Shown piece after piece: positions 12,192 through 24,926 of a stretch of DNA of 38,099 nucleotides; positions within the stretch are counted from its first letter, which is position 1; each line of letters opens with the position of its first letter. This DNA comes from Vezdaea acicularis (Eukaryota). The notes beneath the pieces were generated by a model, which was given only the letters and a program-made list of their open reading frames with translations, made no database searches and was not told the DNA's origin. The stretch is taken from assembly GCA_026025075.1 (NCBI GenBank), contig JAPEUI010000142.1:1-38099 (forward strand), written 5' to 3'. A program made the translations under genes and the position numbers.

Positions 12192-13824
12192 ATGGTTTCT
12201 AACGATTCCCCTGTGGGTACTCTCCGCTACTCGGAGAAACCTACATATACTGCGTCCAATGGCTGTCCAGTAATGGACCCCGAGGCAGCACAACGAATAG
12301 GAACTAATGGTCCTCTTCTGCTGCAAGACTTCCATTTGATCGACCTGCTTGCACACTTCGACCGCGAGAGGATTCCTGAAAGAGTCGTGCACGCGAAAGG
12401 GGCAGGCGCCTATGGCGAATTCGAGGTCACCGATGACATATCCGATCTTGTCAGTATCTGAAATACCTCTGGCTTCTCTCACTAACGACCTTAGACTTCA
12501 GTGGACATGCTCAGCAAGGTTGGAAAGAAGACCAAGTGTGTTGCACGATTCTCCACTGTTGGTGGCGAAAAGGGGTCGCCCGATACCGCCCGCGACCCTA
12601 GGGGCTTTTCTGTCAAGTTTTACACTGAAGAGGGCAATTGGGACTGGGTTTTCAACAACACCCCCGTCTTCTTCCTCCGAGACCCCACGAAATTTCCAAT
12701 TTTCATTCACACACAGAAGCGGAACCCACAGACGAATCTGAAGGACGCGACCATGTTCTGGGACTACCTGTCCACACATCAAGAGTCAGTCCACCAAGTC
12801 ATGCAGCTGTTCAGCGACCGCGGTACTCCATACTCTTACCGGCACCTGAACGGGTATTCTGGCCATACATATAAGTTCACGAAGGAAGACGGGACCTTCA
12901 AGTACATTCAGATCCATTGCAAAACGGACCAGGGCATCAAAAACTTTACGCATGAAGAAGCCGTCAAAATGGCCGCGGAGAACCCAGATTGGAACACCCA
13001 GGATCTCTTCGACGCGATTGCGCGGGGCGAGCATCCTTCTTGGACGGTCTACGTCCAAGTCCTAGACCCTGCAGACGCTGAGAAGTTCCGATGGAACATC
13101 TTCGACCTCACCAAGGTCTGGCCACACAAGGAGGTACCTCTCCGACGATTCGGAAAGTTGACCTTGAACAAGAACGTAAGATGATATTCTTCACCCTTGA
13201 GCTATGCATCAACCAACTGACGCGTATCAGGCTGAGAACTACTTTGCCGAAATCGAACAAGTAGCCTTCTCGCCCTCGCATCTTGTGCCTGGCGTCGAGC
13301 CCTCCGCCGATCCCGTCCTCCAGTCTCGCCTCTTCTCCTACCCAGACACCCACCGCCATCGCTTGGGCGTGAACTACCAGCAAATCCCCGTGAACTGCCC
13401 TCTTCACGCTTTCAACCCGTATCAACGCGATGGCATCATGGCCGTCAACGGCAACTACGGCGCGAACCCGAACTATCCTTCTACGTTCCGTAACATGACG
13501 TACAAGCCCGTCAAGCCAAGCCAGGAGCACGAGAAGTGGGCCGGAGCGGCAGTCAACTTCCAGAGCGAGGTCAACGACGATGATTACGTACAGGCAAGAG
13601 GCTTGTGGCACGTGCTAGGGAAGCAGCCCGGGCAGCAGGATAACTTTGTTAACAACGTCGCTGGGCATCTTTCGGCAGCAAAGCAGAGTGTCAGGCAGCG
13701 GACATACGGGATGTTCGGCAAGGTTGACAAGGAACTGGGGGCGCGTATCGAGAAAGCGACGGAAGAGGCGGCGCCTCATCCCGAGGGATGGGCCAGTGGC
13801 GCGGCTGAGCCGACGGTGGGTTGA
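12192..13824 (+). CDS. catC: Small-subunit monofunctional heme catalase (CatC-like), 3 exons
   Basis: [15 protein letters not shown] (distal His), [21 protein letters not shown] and RLFSYPDTH (proximal Tyr). Introns 12450-12494 and 13176-13230. No large-subunit C-terminal domain. Catalase identity is secure; orthology to catC is inferred. Confidence 0.93.
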
Positions 13825-16490
13825 GAGAATCAGGGTGTCAATTTGCTACAAGCTCTTCCCTTTTTTGGAGCAAGGCTACTAGTTACTTCAAATTGGATCT
13901 AAGTCTGAGCAGCCAGTCTGATCATTAAATAACCAAAAACTGTATAAACATTCGATGCTCCATTGTGTCCAAGTGTCTGCCGATCTCGTGACGGGGTTGA
14001 AGCGGGCACTGCGCTGTGGAACGATCATCTCAGCAGCCACGTGAGGCTAAATTGTAACTACTGATAAATTAGATAGAAAAAATTTCATGGTTTTATTGGG
14101 ATTTTCAAAATTTATTGCGAAGCTGCAAGCTGATGTTGTGAATTTGTACATCATCGTTGCTTCTGGACATGAACCTGAGTACCGAAAACCGTCTTGGGCT
14201 AACGCGGGCAGTTGCCCCAAGCCCGAAAAAAGTTCAGTCTCATCTTTTCAGACACCCATCCCTAAGCGAACTAAGATTCCGAGGAGCAGTCAATGAATAC
14301 TCGATCTCCTTCTTGACCTCTACCAGTCTCCGACGTCACGAATATCTTTCGAAAGTGCCACCGCAGCCCCCGCCCATACCATTGGCCAACTACGCGAGGG
14401 GAGGCGAACCTTGGCGCACCCTTTCACATGCGAAAAAAGGGGGAAGAGAAAAAGATTTCCCGAAGCCTGTCCTTTGACTTTTCTTTGTGAGTGTCGCTCT
14501 GATTGGATGGAAGAAGCCTGGATCTGGAAAAAAACTACGGCGTCTCACTCCGGTGGTCGTGAGTGGTGGACAGTTGCTTTGGGCTCGCTTTCGTGGGGGG
14601 AAGGGTTAAGGGGAAGAACAATCGTTGGGTTTGGGGGAGCATGATAGGGCAAAGGAAGGTCGTATCAGAGCGTAGGGCAGGTTTCAGCAGCAGTTATCAC
14701 GTCCTGGGTCTGACCGTAACGGGGGGCAAAACGGATTTTGGTAGTGAGGCAAAAGGCATTTCTACACTATCGCAGCTCACTCGACGACATTCGGCCTTCG
14801 TTTGTCCCCCTGCTTCTACTATTTGAGACGCACCTCCACTGATTGGGTCGTCGGCGTAGAACACGGCGCCGACGCCGCTGCCGGCAGCTGCGAATGAGAG
14901 CCACCGACGTGCGATGCATGGCAAGGCAGCCAAACGCATACGCAGACGCAGAGAGGGCGATGTAGAGAGTTCTCACGACACGACGTCTAAGTGATGCGGG
15001 TGGGCGTGGGGCGAGCCACTGCAGCCTTGCGGAACGGCGGGTCTGCGAGATCCAGCGCCGGTCGGGCTCGGGCTGCCGCTATCTTTAGGGAAGCGTGCAA
15101 GGGCCGAGAGAGCCACTTGGATGCCCGCCCAACCGACAGATTCTGGTCGAGTGAGAGTACGCAATATGACTGATGCGAGTTGTCTGTGCTCTGGAGAACG
15201 GGGAGTAGTCTGTGAGTGAGGGTGGTGTCTCCGTTCACCAGGTTGGCGAATGTCTCTGCTGCGGCCGACGTTTGGGTGGACGGGGCAGGAGGTGAGCAGG
15301 GCGCGGGAAGAAAAAACGTGGAGGATTGACGGGGGTATTCTCTGCGCTCGTCGAGAAGAGCAACTGTCATATCCTAGACAAAACTCTCACAATACGAAAC
15401 CATGGTTTGAGTCCGCCGCTGCTGGGTGATATCTGGGGTCAGTAGCTGAGACCAGAGGAGAGGGTGGAAACGGCTCCGGCGGGGCATTTCCTCGACCTGT
15501 GGTTGTGTGCTCCCTGCGAGGTTTTGCGACGCGAGAGGTACTTTGAAACGCCGCGCCCGAGGGGGAGAAGATTCGGCGCAGAGGGGATTTCTTTGAGCAC
15601 GTACTGTAATCTATGCGGCCCTTGTGCCCTGATATTCGGAGCCGTATCACTAGAAGCTGGTGAGTTGGGAGAAGGCATTAACCCTATCAAGCCGGAGCGT
15701 GTGGCATCGGGCAGCCACGCCTGGATGAGATCGTACACTCTATCACAAGGAGCTCTGATGCGGTTGGTCGTCTGTGCAGCGGGAAGAGGTACACGGCACT
15801 TGTATGCTCTGCAAGCAGAGCTATATGTTGATTTCCTGGCGGGAGTTGCGGCACAGTCCCCATCTTAGAGGAGAGGGCCCTCTCTGCTTGGGGTCGTCGC
15901 CTTCACCACGCGAAGAAGGAGGGCGTTTCGTTGGCGGAGAGTGCTCGGATTGAAGTGGCCTCGATGAATCATATCGTGGTCAGCGAATGCTGTCGGACAT
16001 GCAGTCGCAAAATCGCGGCGCGATCACGACAGGGCTGAAGATGACGGTGACTGTGCGCCGCCGTGACTGCGTTTGTCTGGTGCGGCATCGTCGTGAATCC
16101 CTCCCTGCTTGCCGGCATACCCCTTGCCCTCCATCCCCGTTCACGATGGGGCCCTGAGCCACAAGCCAGAGGAGCGTGAGACTTTCTTTTCCGGGCAGCC
16201 CTTGAGGCGTTGGCCCTTTGGCCCTAAGTCGACGGCGGCGATGGCAGCGACGGCCGCGAGAGGAGATGAGTGGTGGAGCCAGCCGAGCAGGCCCAGAGCT
16301 GGTGGCCGTTTGTTTGCACGACGAGGAACTTCGGTGGCAGATAGCGCGCCCCAATGGCCTGCGAGCGCGGCGATCCCTCGCCTGCCGTAATCCCTATCCT
16401 CCAGCAATATTTTCCCTCTCGCCTCTCGCTCTCTCCTCTCCCCTTCCTTCTCCTCACCCACAAATCGAACCTCAACACAACTCCCCCCTC

Positions 16491-16514
16491 ATGTCCAGCG
16501 GGTCCTTCTTCTAA
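16491..16514 (+). promoter_or_regulatory. Candidate uORF (MSSGSFF*) in the CT-rich leader of eIF4G
   Basis: This is the only ATG seen between ~16380 and the eIF4G start at 16934. It follows a pyrimidine tract typical of fungal transcription start regions. Whether it is transcribed is unknown. Confidence 0.35.
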
Positions 16515-16933
16515 CAAAAGAGGACGATCGCGGATTCATACGGTGCATCTCCCGGCGACAACACTTAACACAGTCCTTCGCCTCAACACCAACACTTGCG
16601 GAGCATTCACTCATTTAAGAGAGTGGCCGGCTCTTGCCAGGCTTGGTCTACTTTTTTTTCACTCCACTCACCTCTTTTCACACGGAACACTCTTTCTTCC
16701 ACCTCCACACTCTTCACACGCACCACGATTCACAAACATTTCGTAATACACCGTTTTACGACTCGTAAAACTTTCTTTCGCCGACCGGCAGTTTCTTTCT
16801 CTGCATTCGCTCGTGATTTTGACAATCGCGACGGCTCAGATAAGACTGTTCGTCTCTAGAAATTTTTGCGTCCCCCTCGCATTCTCACAGAAAAACCCAC
16901 ACTCAGCTCTCAACATCATCTAAATCGGATTTA

Positions 16934-19900
16934 ATGACAAGCATCCCGACTCCAGTTCAACTCCCGTCCCCACCAGCTGTCACTGAAAGAGCTCTTCAGT
17001 CCGTCGAGGTAGCGCAGTCGACCACAAAACCCGTCACAGGCGGCACCGTGTCGTCGCTTGCCTCAGGGCCGGCCCCTTCCACCGCTCGTTCGTACGCCAA
17101 CGCCACCGGCGTGGCCGCCAGGAAGCCACAGATCGTGTCAGGCTCGAATAGTCAAGCTCCCGGTGCGACTGCCGGAGGCTCAATACTGCACCATGGAAAA
17201 TCAGACTCGATCTTGAACGGGAAGCCGGCTATTCCTCCCGCCGTCCCCACTGTCGGTGCCTCTGCGAGTGGAAATAACACCTCAGGGCCAAACGGTGCAT
17301 CTGGAACAGATCACAGCAGAAAACCCTCGGTCACCATCACGGCTGCCGGATCAAGTGGCACGATCTCCAACGGTGGTCCCGTCACTGCGCAGTCAGGCAA
17401 TCGCGGTAGCATAGTCTTTGGTTCAATTGAGGGGTCGCCCGCTGCCACCTACAGTCAGCCCCAGGTCAGTCAGGCGAAAGCTCCAGCTGCAACACCGAAT
17501 CAGCAGTATTCTGTTCCGCAGCCATCACCGTCCCCAATACCGCAACCTCGTGCGAGTGGAGGCGACGCCCCACCTCTCCACGGCTCAGGGAACAGCTTAA
17601 GCTTTGGTAGTTTTGGGAACGAGGCCTCTGACAACCCAGTGAGTCCGGGTATTTGCTTTCCCATTGACTATGTTTGGGAACTAATCCTTGTGCGTCCCTT
17701 TTAGCGTGCTATGCGCCCGACATCTATGCCACCCCAAAGTCTTGGGCCGCAATCTGCACATCTTCGAAGAGAATCTTCTCAATCAGCTCATGGCGAGATG
17801 GGTGGACCAGGTATGAGCCCCAGTCGAGGTGGCTATCCACAGACGGGTCGAGGGCGAGGCTATCAGCAGCCATATCAACAGCCGCAGGTATATCAGTCTG
17901 GTCAAAACTATAGACAGATTCCAAACCAACCACGTGGAGGCCAGAACGTGGGGACACCGTATCAGCAGCGCCAGCAAATGAACGCATACCCACACTCACC
18001 CCACCAGGCTGCGCGAAGCCCCGCTTTGACCAATTCAATACCCGGCACGCCGATGATGCATCAACCTCCCATGTCGGGAAATCCCCAGATGGGAGCTCAG
18101 TACGGCTACCCGCAAGCGGGCTACCAAGTAAACTCACAATTTCCTCTTTCTGCACCTCACATCCACTACTATAACCGTGAGAGACATGAAGAATATCTCT
18201 CACAGACATTTTCTTTGCCAGGGCAGGCTTTAAGGACTGCCGATTTACTTGATCCTCAGAAACCCTATTTTAGTACTCTTCTAACCGCATATAACCAACA
18301 GGGATACGGTGGAATGCCTCAATTCGATCAAGGCTACCAGAACTACCAGGCTGCGCCGTACGGCATGTATCCGGGCATGCAGCAGTACGTCAACGCTGGC
18401 CCTCCGCCAAGCTCTCCCGGCCCAAGATATCAACAGCAGATACCTGGTGGCCAACCGCAGTATTACGGACATCAGCCTTCTCAGTCCATGTCACGTACTC
18501 CTTCTGGCGTCTCTGATCCCCGACCACCTTCAGCCGTAGGTCAGCGCCACGCTTCAGGAACCCCGGTTGCAAACCATGTACATCGTCTAAGCCAAGGAGC
18601 CAATAGCCCTGCCCCCACCCAGGGGTCCACATTTCAGAAGCCTACCAGAAAGAGTGCTGCCATCATCATCAAAGACCCGAATACCAATCAAGTCGTCACA
18701 AATTTCGAGAAATCCGCATCACCAGCGCCTATTTCCAAGTCGCCCGCTATTGTCTCTTCTACACCAACACCGCCTCCAAAATCAGACGATTCGCTTCATG
18801 CTCGGACAGAAAGTAGAAATGCCAAATCTGATGCGGAGAAGAAGAACAGTATGAAGGAGCAAGTTGCAAAGGCAAAAGCTGAAGCCGAACAAGCTGAGAA
18901 GGCCAAGGTTGAAGCAGCCGAGAAGAAGGCAGCCCAGGAAAAAGAAGATGCTGAGAAGGCCGCAAAGCTCGCCGAAGAAAAGGAACAGCGAGAGAAAGAA
19001 GAAGCAGAGGCGGCGAAGAAGGCCGCTGAAGAGAAGGCTCGACAAGAAGAAGAAGACCGGATAGCGAAGGCCAAAGCTGACGAGGACGCTCGAAAAGCAG
19101 CTGAAGCAAAGGCACAGGCTGAGGAACTAGAAAACGAGAAGGCTAAGGCCGAGGAGGAAGCTGCAAAGGAAGCTGCAGCGAAAGCTGCGGCAGAGGCGTC
19201 AGTCAAAGCTGCAGAATCTGATCTTGCTAAGGAAGCCGAACTTGCAAAGGACAAGGGTAGCGATTCTGGTGAGAAGGAGCTCCCAGGAACCCCGTCTGGC
19301 CTTGCTGCGAGTGTAGCCAAACTCTCGCTGGCTAGTGGAACATCGACACCTGCTTCTGATGACTCGATGGGACCACCAACGAAAGCAGCCAGTGCCAGCA
19401 AGCGTGGTCCGCCAGCAGCGCTCGACCTTCGGGTAAACACAAAACCTGTAGAGCCTGCACAACCAACCCCCGGCATGCTTGCTTTACGGTCTGCTCGCTT
19501 CATCGACCGCATCAAGGACATCTCATATCCTCCAGCGATCGCTTCTCCCAACCCTGCACTGAACGCCGCAACCACGACCAAGGGCAAATTCAAGTATGAC
19601 AAAGACTTTTTGCTTCAATTCCAGCGCGTCTTCAAGGAAAAGCCTCAGGTTGATTGGGATAGTCGTTTGAAGGAAACCGTCGGAGATCCTAGCGATTCTG
19701 GCCGCCCACAGTCTGCACGAACACCTCAACTGGGTCCACGCGGATCATCCAACCGCGCTGGAGGAACTGTATCGTACAGCGGCGGTATGGGCAGCTTCGT
19801 CAGCTCATTTCCAGCCCCCAGAACGCTACCCCCCAATACAACGTCTGAGCAGCGCATGCAAATGTCTAACAATGCAAGGGATCGACCTATGGCCAATCCT

Positions 19901-21753
19901 CTAGCTCAGTTTGGTAATCAGCGGCCATTCCCTAGTGTCGGATCCTCCAACATGATGCGAACCAACTCTTCGACGGCTTTGGGTCTTCAAGGTGGTGTAC
20001 CACAGTCACCTCGGAGCAACAACCGCTCTCAACGTGGCAATAACAGTAATCGCGGCAAGGATAATAAGCAATCCGCGAAGCAGGAGGAACAAGCTGCAAA
20101 GACGATGCCACTAACGGCCAACATCGAGGTTGCCCCTCTGCTACCTTCGACAACGGGCTGGAAGCCAACAAGAGCAAAGCAAGCAGAAAGCGCCACTGGC
20201 GCCGCTGGCCCGGCTCCAGGAGCGGTTGGTAGCACGCATCTCTCACCCGAGATGGTACAGCGAAAGGTCAAGTCCAACTTGAATAAGATGACACCTGAAA
20301 AATTCGAGAAGATATCTGATCAGATCTTGGAAATTGTTGCTCAGTCAAAGGACGAAACTGATGGTCGAACTCTGAGACAGGTCATCCAATTGACCTTCGA
20401 AAAGGCTACGGACGAAGCTCATTGGGCACCTATGTATGCCAAATTCTGCAAGAGAATGCTTGAGTCCATGAATCCTGAAATCAAGGATGAGGGCATTCTG
20501 GACAAGAATGGTCACGTAGTGGCTGGAGGCAATCTCTTCCGGAAGTATCTGCTTAATCGCTGCCAGGAGGAATTTGAGCGCGGTTGGAAGATGAACTTGC
20601 CTGATAAGCCAGAAGGTGAGAGTGAGGCTGCAGCCATGCTTTCTGAAGAGTATTATATTGCCGCTGCAGCTAAGAGACGTGGCTTGGGTCTCGTGAAGTT
20701 CATTGGTGAGCTCTACAAGCTTTCCATGCTCACAGAGCGTATCATGCACGAGTGTGTAAAGAAGCTTGTCGACTATGAGGGGATTCCGGATGAAGCTGAG
20801 GTCGAAAGCTTGACTAGTCTCCTAAGAACGATTGGGAGGAACCTTGATATGACTGAGCGAGGACCAGGTCTCATGAATGCTTACTTCCAGAAGATTACTG
20901 AGATGATGAATACTGAAGGGCTCGCTAGTCGTTTACGATTCATGCTTATGGTAAGAAATCCCTTGATCTTACGGCTAACACCAAATTTCTAACAATGAAA
21001 TAGGATATCGTTGACCTTCGGAAGAAAGGATGGGATTCTAAGGAAGAAGAAAAGGGCCCAAAGACCATCCAGGAAATCCGCGAAGCTGTAAGTTTTGACA
21101 CCCTTACTATTATCAATCTATACATGTACTCACATTTCTTAGGCCCAACAGGCAGAGTTCGAAAAGCAGCAGGAGAGGGCACGACAAGACAGCAATCGCC
21201 GTGGTGGTGGCAGCCGTATGCCCATGGGTCGCGGGGACGCTCGACAATTTTCTGGTGGTCACCAGTATGGCATGCAGCCGCCTCCCGACTACCACAAGAA
21301 CACCGTTGCTTCCGAAGATCTTAAAAACTTGACTAAAAAGTCTGCGGCCCGACAGAATAGTCAAGGTGGTACGGCGTTTGGACCGACTTCATTCTTCAGC
21401 TCTCGCCAGAACAGCAATAGCAGAAGAGGATTCGGCAGCGCCGGTGTTGCCAAAGGTGGCGAAGAGTCTGGTGCTTCGTCCAGAACTGGGACCCCTCCAG
21501 CGCAAAAGGAGAAGGAGCCTGCCTCGGCCAATGCATTCAGGTATGATAATGGAAACTTTTCTACTCTGCCAATAAAGGCACTAATATGATATGCAGTGCG
21601 CTCGCAGGGCTCGACGCTTCAGGTGAACCAGAGCACGCAACTTCTCCTCCCTCGGCACCGTCCTCCCCGCCGACCACCAAGTCGGCATCTCCAGAGGCAA
21701 GGGCCAAGTCACCAGTCAAGAGCGACAAGGGAGAGAAGCCGGCAGATTCCTGA
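16934..21753 (+). CDS. TIF4631: Translation initiation factor eIF4G
   Basis: eIF4E-binding motif YDKDFLL (YxxxxL-phi), MIF4G domain (VQRKVKSNLNKMTPEKF...FRKYLLNRCQEEFE...GLVKFIGELYKL), and an E/K/A-rich coiled coil. Introns ~17639-17704, 18128-18301, 20951-21003, 21088-21142 and 21541-21596; stop TGA 21751-21753. Confidence 0.95.
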
Positions 21754-22405
21754 TCGGTATATGGGCTGGGAAACGCTTTCGATTCGTGAAGTGTCTGATC
21801 ACTTACCCAAAATGCATAGACGGGGGTCCTGGCGTTCTGCACTTTTACCATACACTAATTGCATGCGCGCTGGTTGAGCTGGAATATTATACTTCAGATT
21901 CCCCCACCATTTGTTTAAGTATGCACTTGCTCCTCTTTTTTTCCTTCTCGGGCTGGGAACTGCTGCATCTGTGTGCCTTCTCTTCTCTATGGGCCCATGC
22001 GGGTCATCTCTTCAGATCGGCTCAGCCGTCTTTGACGCGGGGCTCAGCACGAGCGGCTTTGATAAAAAGAATGTGTTTAATACTAGATATCCTAGAGCAG
22101 AAGAATACTCGTGCAAACGGACTTTAGCTGGTTTTTCCCCCGAAACCGCCTTTTTGATGTGTGAAAGTAGAAGCCACGCCCCCACTTTGACCAACTTGAT
22201 TCTCTTTGCTGCAAGTGAGGTGTTTCGTTTTGTAGTCTGAATAATTCTTGGTGGGCAGTTACATGGAAGGTCAGGACAGCTACTCCAATCATATGATGCT
22301 TGAATAGGCCCCGGGTCTGACCTCCTAACCCCCCAATAATTTCAATTCTTAAACGAAAGAATGGCGTATAAAGACGAGTTCTACGGCAGAGTTACGACTC
22401 TTGCT

Positions 22406-22429
22406 CTGGTCCTGGTCCTGGTCCTGGTC
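22406..22429. repeat. (CTGGTC)4 microsatellite
   Basis: Four perfect hexamer copies lie between the convergent eIF4G and ATG15 3' ends. Confidence 0.85.
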
Positions 22430-22617
22430 CAAACGTAGAGGAGCAGGCGGACACAAAAGGCTCAAGTATACGAGAAAAAGATGCATGTGTGTGAAAATTT
22501 CATGTTCTCAAATGCCCAAAGCAATCTCTAGTGAAGGGTTGCAAAAAAACAGAAGAAACGCCTAGTGGAGCCACAACATATATACAAAAAGGACCGGCTT
22601 CGCGCCACGGCAATGCC

Positions 22618-24631
22618 CTATAAATCATTCTTCCATCGCTCGTTCGCTCCTGTAGCGTCCTCTGACGGATCAAGGCACACGAGACCGAACCACGCTTTGG
22701 ACGTACAAGTATGTGTTAAAGACGAGCGGGAGGTTGAGACGGGCGTGGTGGGCGCCGTTGGGGCTGTTGTGATGGAGTGGGCTAGGCTCGTCGTGGACGA
22801 ATCAAGACATCCCCCGAACCAGCCTTTTGAGTGGCAACTCGAAGTCGCTGGGGCGTCGGTCCAGGTCGATGTGGGAGATACCGTCCCGGCGGGCTTCGAG
22901 GTTTTGATTGTTGGGGTAGGGTCGTTGCATCCGAACCAGCCAGGTGTTTTGCAAGTCGTCGTCGATGTCGTACTGGCCGTACTTGACGTGGTGGTCGTAC
23001 TAGTTGCGGTAGTCGTTGTACTTTCATCTAGGCATCCCCACCAGCCTGGAGTCTTGCACGTGGTAGTCCGAGTCCGAGTTGTAGACGTGGTGCTACTCGT
23101 AGATGAGGTGGAGTCTGAGCTGTGACTCTCGAAGAACTTCCAGTTGAAACAATCGACGCATTCTGTGTCTCTCGTGCATTCCGGAAGGTCGTCGTAAGCA
23201 CGGATCACGTCGTGAATCACTGATTGGATTCGGTGCGTACCCACACCAACGCGCCATCCTTTGTCTTCAACCGTGTCATATATGCATACATTGCCAGTGT
23301 GGCACTGTGTCTCCATTGCATAACCACCCAACGAACAAGCAGATGTGACGCCGTTGCATGTGCCCATGAATATAGGATCCGCTGTGTGACCAAAGTGGTG
23401 AATTCCTGTATCATTTCTCTTCTGAGGAAACATGGGATCGGATCCTGGCGGCGAGAAAAGCCCAAGTCGAGTAGCTGCGAGCGCTTCGGCAGGTGCTTGA
23501 AAGGCGATGACGGGCAGGCCGTAAGTCAGCCCTAGGAGACTACTGACTGAGCCACCGAGCGAATGACCCGCTAGCCAGATAGTAGAGTTTGGGTATCGCT
23601 CTGTGACGTTCGAATAAAGCTCTTTTGCGGCATGATAATATCGGTTTTCATCTCGAAGAGACTGGCCTAAGCAGGTTGAATTACAGGTGTATGTTGTCGA
23701 ATAGCAGTCGCAGACTTGTTTCCACGTGTAGTGACCCTGTTGAGCACAGCAACAGCTGAAAAACAGGTTATCGTTGACTTTGTCATTTGTTGTGGTTTCG
23801 GCGCCATCCCATACAGCTGGAAATGCCAAGTAGTTAGACTCTGTAACGAATAGCAATGGAGAGGGGGCATACCTGGTGAGGTTCCCTTCAACGCCATGAG
23901 GACTGTGGTGTTATCTTTGTCCACAAATATGTGGCCCCGAAGCCCGTCGCCTTCCCACCCAAAGCTCTCCGAGTAGTTGAGCCCTCCTCCCACATCATCC
24001 CATTCCCCTGTGCCTGGCTCCATGACGTACGCATTACCAGCTGCTATCGCGAATGTGAGGACGGTCTCCTTGTCCGAGGCGTTAGGCCCAGCCACTTCAT
24101 CTATTGTCCATGCCGGAGGTGATAAAGAATAGACCTCACCCTGGCGACGCGCGGCCATGAGGGGTTCAATATAAGAAGGACGCCTATCCACAAGCCTCTC
24201 TATGGAAGTACGGCGAGAGCGTGCTCTTAGTACCGAGGGTGCCTTCTCCTCAACCCCATCATCCACCGAAACCCTTAGAACTGTGTCTGGCTGCACATCT
24301 AAACGTTTGTGAAGGTTTGGATGTCGGTAGGTGCCGTGATGGAAGATATGTCGAAGGGTCTGAATTGAGGTTAGTTAGCAGCTGGGCTAGACTTATGGCC
24401 GGGATGTGTGCATACAAATTCATGCTCTCTAGCGAAGGGATCTGAGCTTTCGCCGCTTGGAATAACAGCTTCTGTAGATATCCTGGGTATTTGGGGATCT
24501 TCGATTCCAGGTGTGCTATGCTTTGAAGCGACTGTCGATGATGACGACAAAGCTAGGAATGAAAGCAAGAGCCGCGCAGTAACTTTTCCTGGAGATGAGC
24601 ATAGTGACGAAAGCGCTTTGTGCCGCGACAT
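22618..24631 (-). CDS. ATG15: Autophagy-related vacuolar lipase Atg15, 3 exons
   Basis: Hydrophobic N-terminal anchor, [41 protein letters not shown], lipase nucleophile [18 protein letters not shown] and a Thr-rich tail. Two GTATGC...CAG introns. Confidence 0.93.
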
Positions 24632-24926
24632 GTTGAGATCGCAGTGTGGTAAGAATAAAAGGGAGAGTCTACAATTACGATGCGCGATGAGGAAGATTGG
24701 TACGATGCCCAAAGGGCGGCGATCGCTATTGATATGGAAGTCCGTTGATCAAATTTAGCGCATGTCGAGTGCACGCGGTCGGGTCGGGTTCTGGCGTGTA
24801 ACGAAATCACTTTTCTATTGGCTCTCTTCGCTATCGAACAAAAACTATACAATTGACCCCGACACTTCTATGTCTGATGCATATTCTACAAAGTTCTTGC
24901 CCACCATGCCATAAGATCCAATTCAC

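Noticed and set aside
14595..15690. Telomerase-template-like words (TAACCCTA near 15679, minus-strand TAACCCT near 14605)
   Set aside because: Only 7-8 nt, short of TAACCCTAA, and I could not identify a convincing pseudoknot or P6/P6.1. An Infernal search would settle it.
18759..19602. Long antisense ORFs over eIF4G (likewise 25819-26799 over VPS9 and 22565-23125 over ATG15)
   Set aside because: Shadow frames of low-complexity or codon-biased sense genes.
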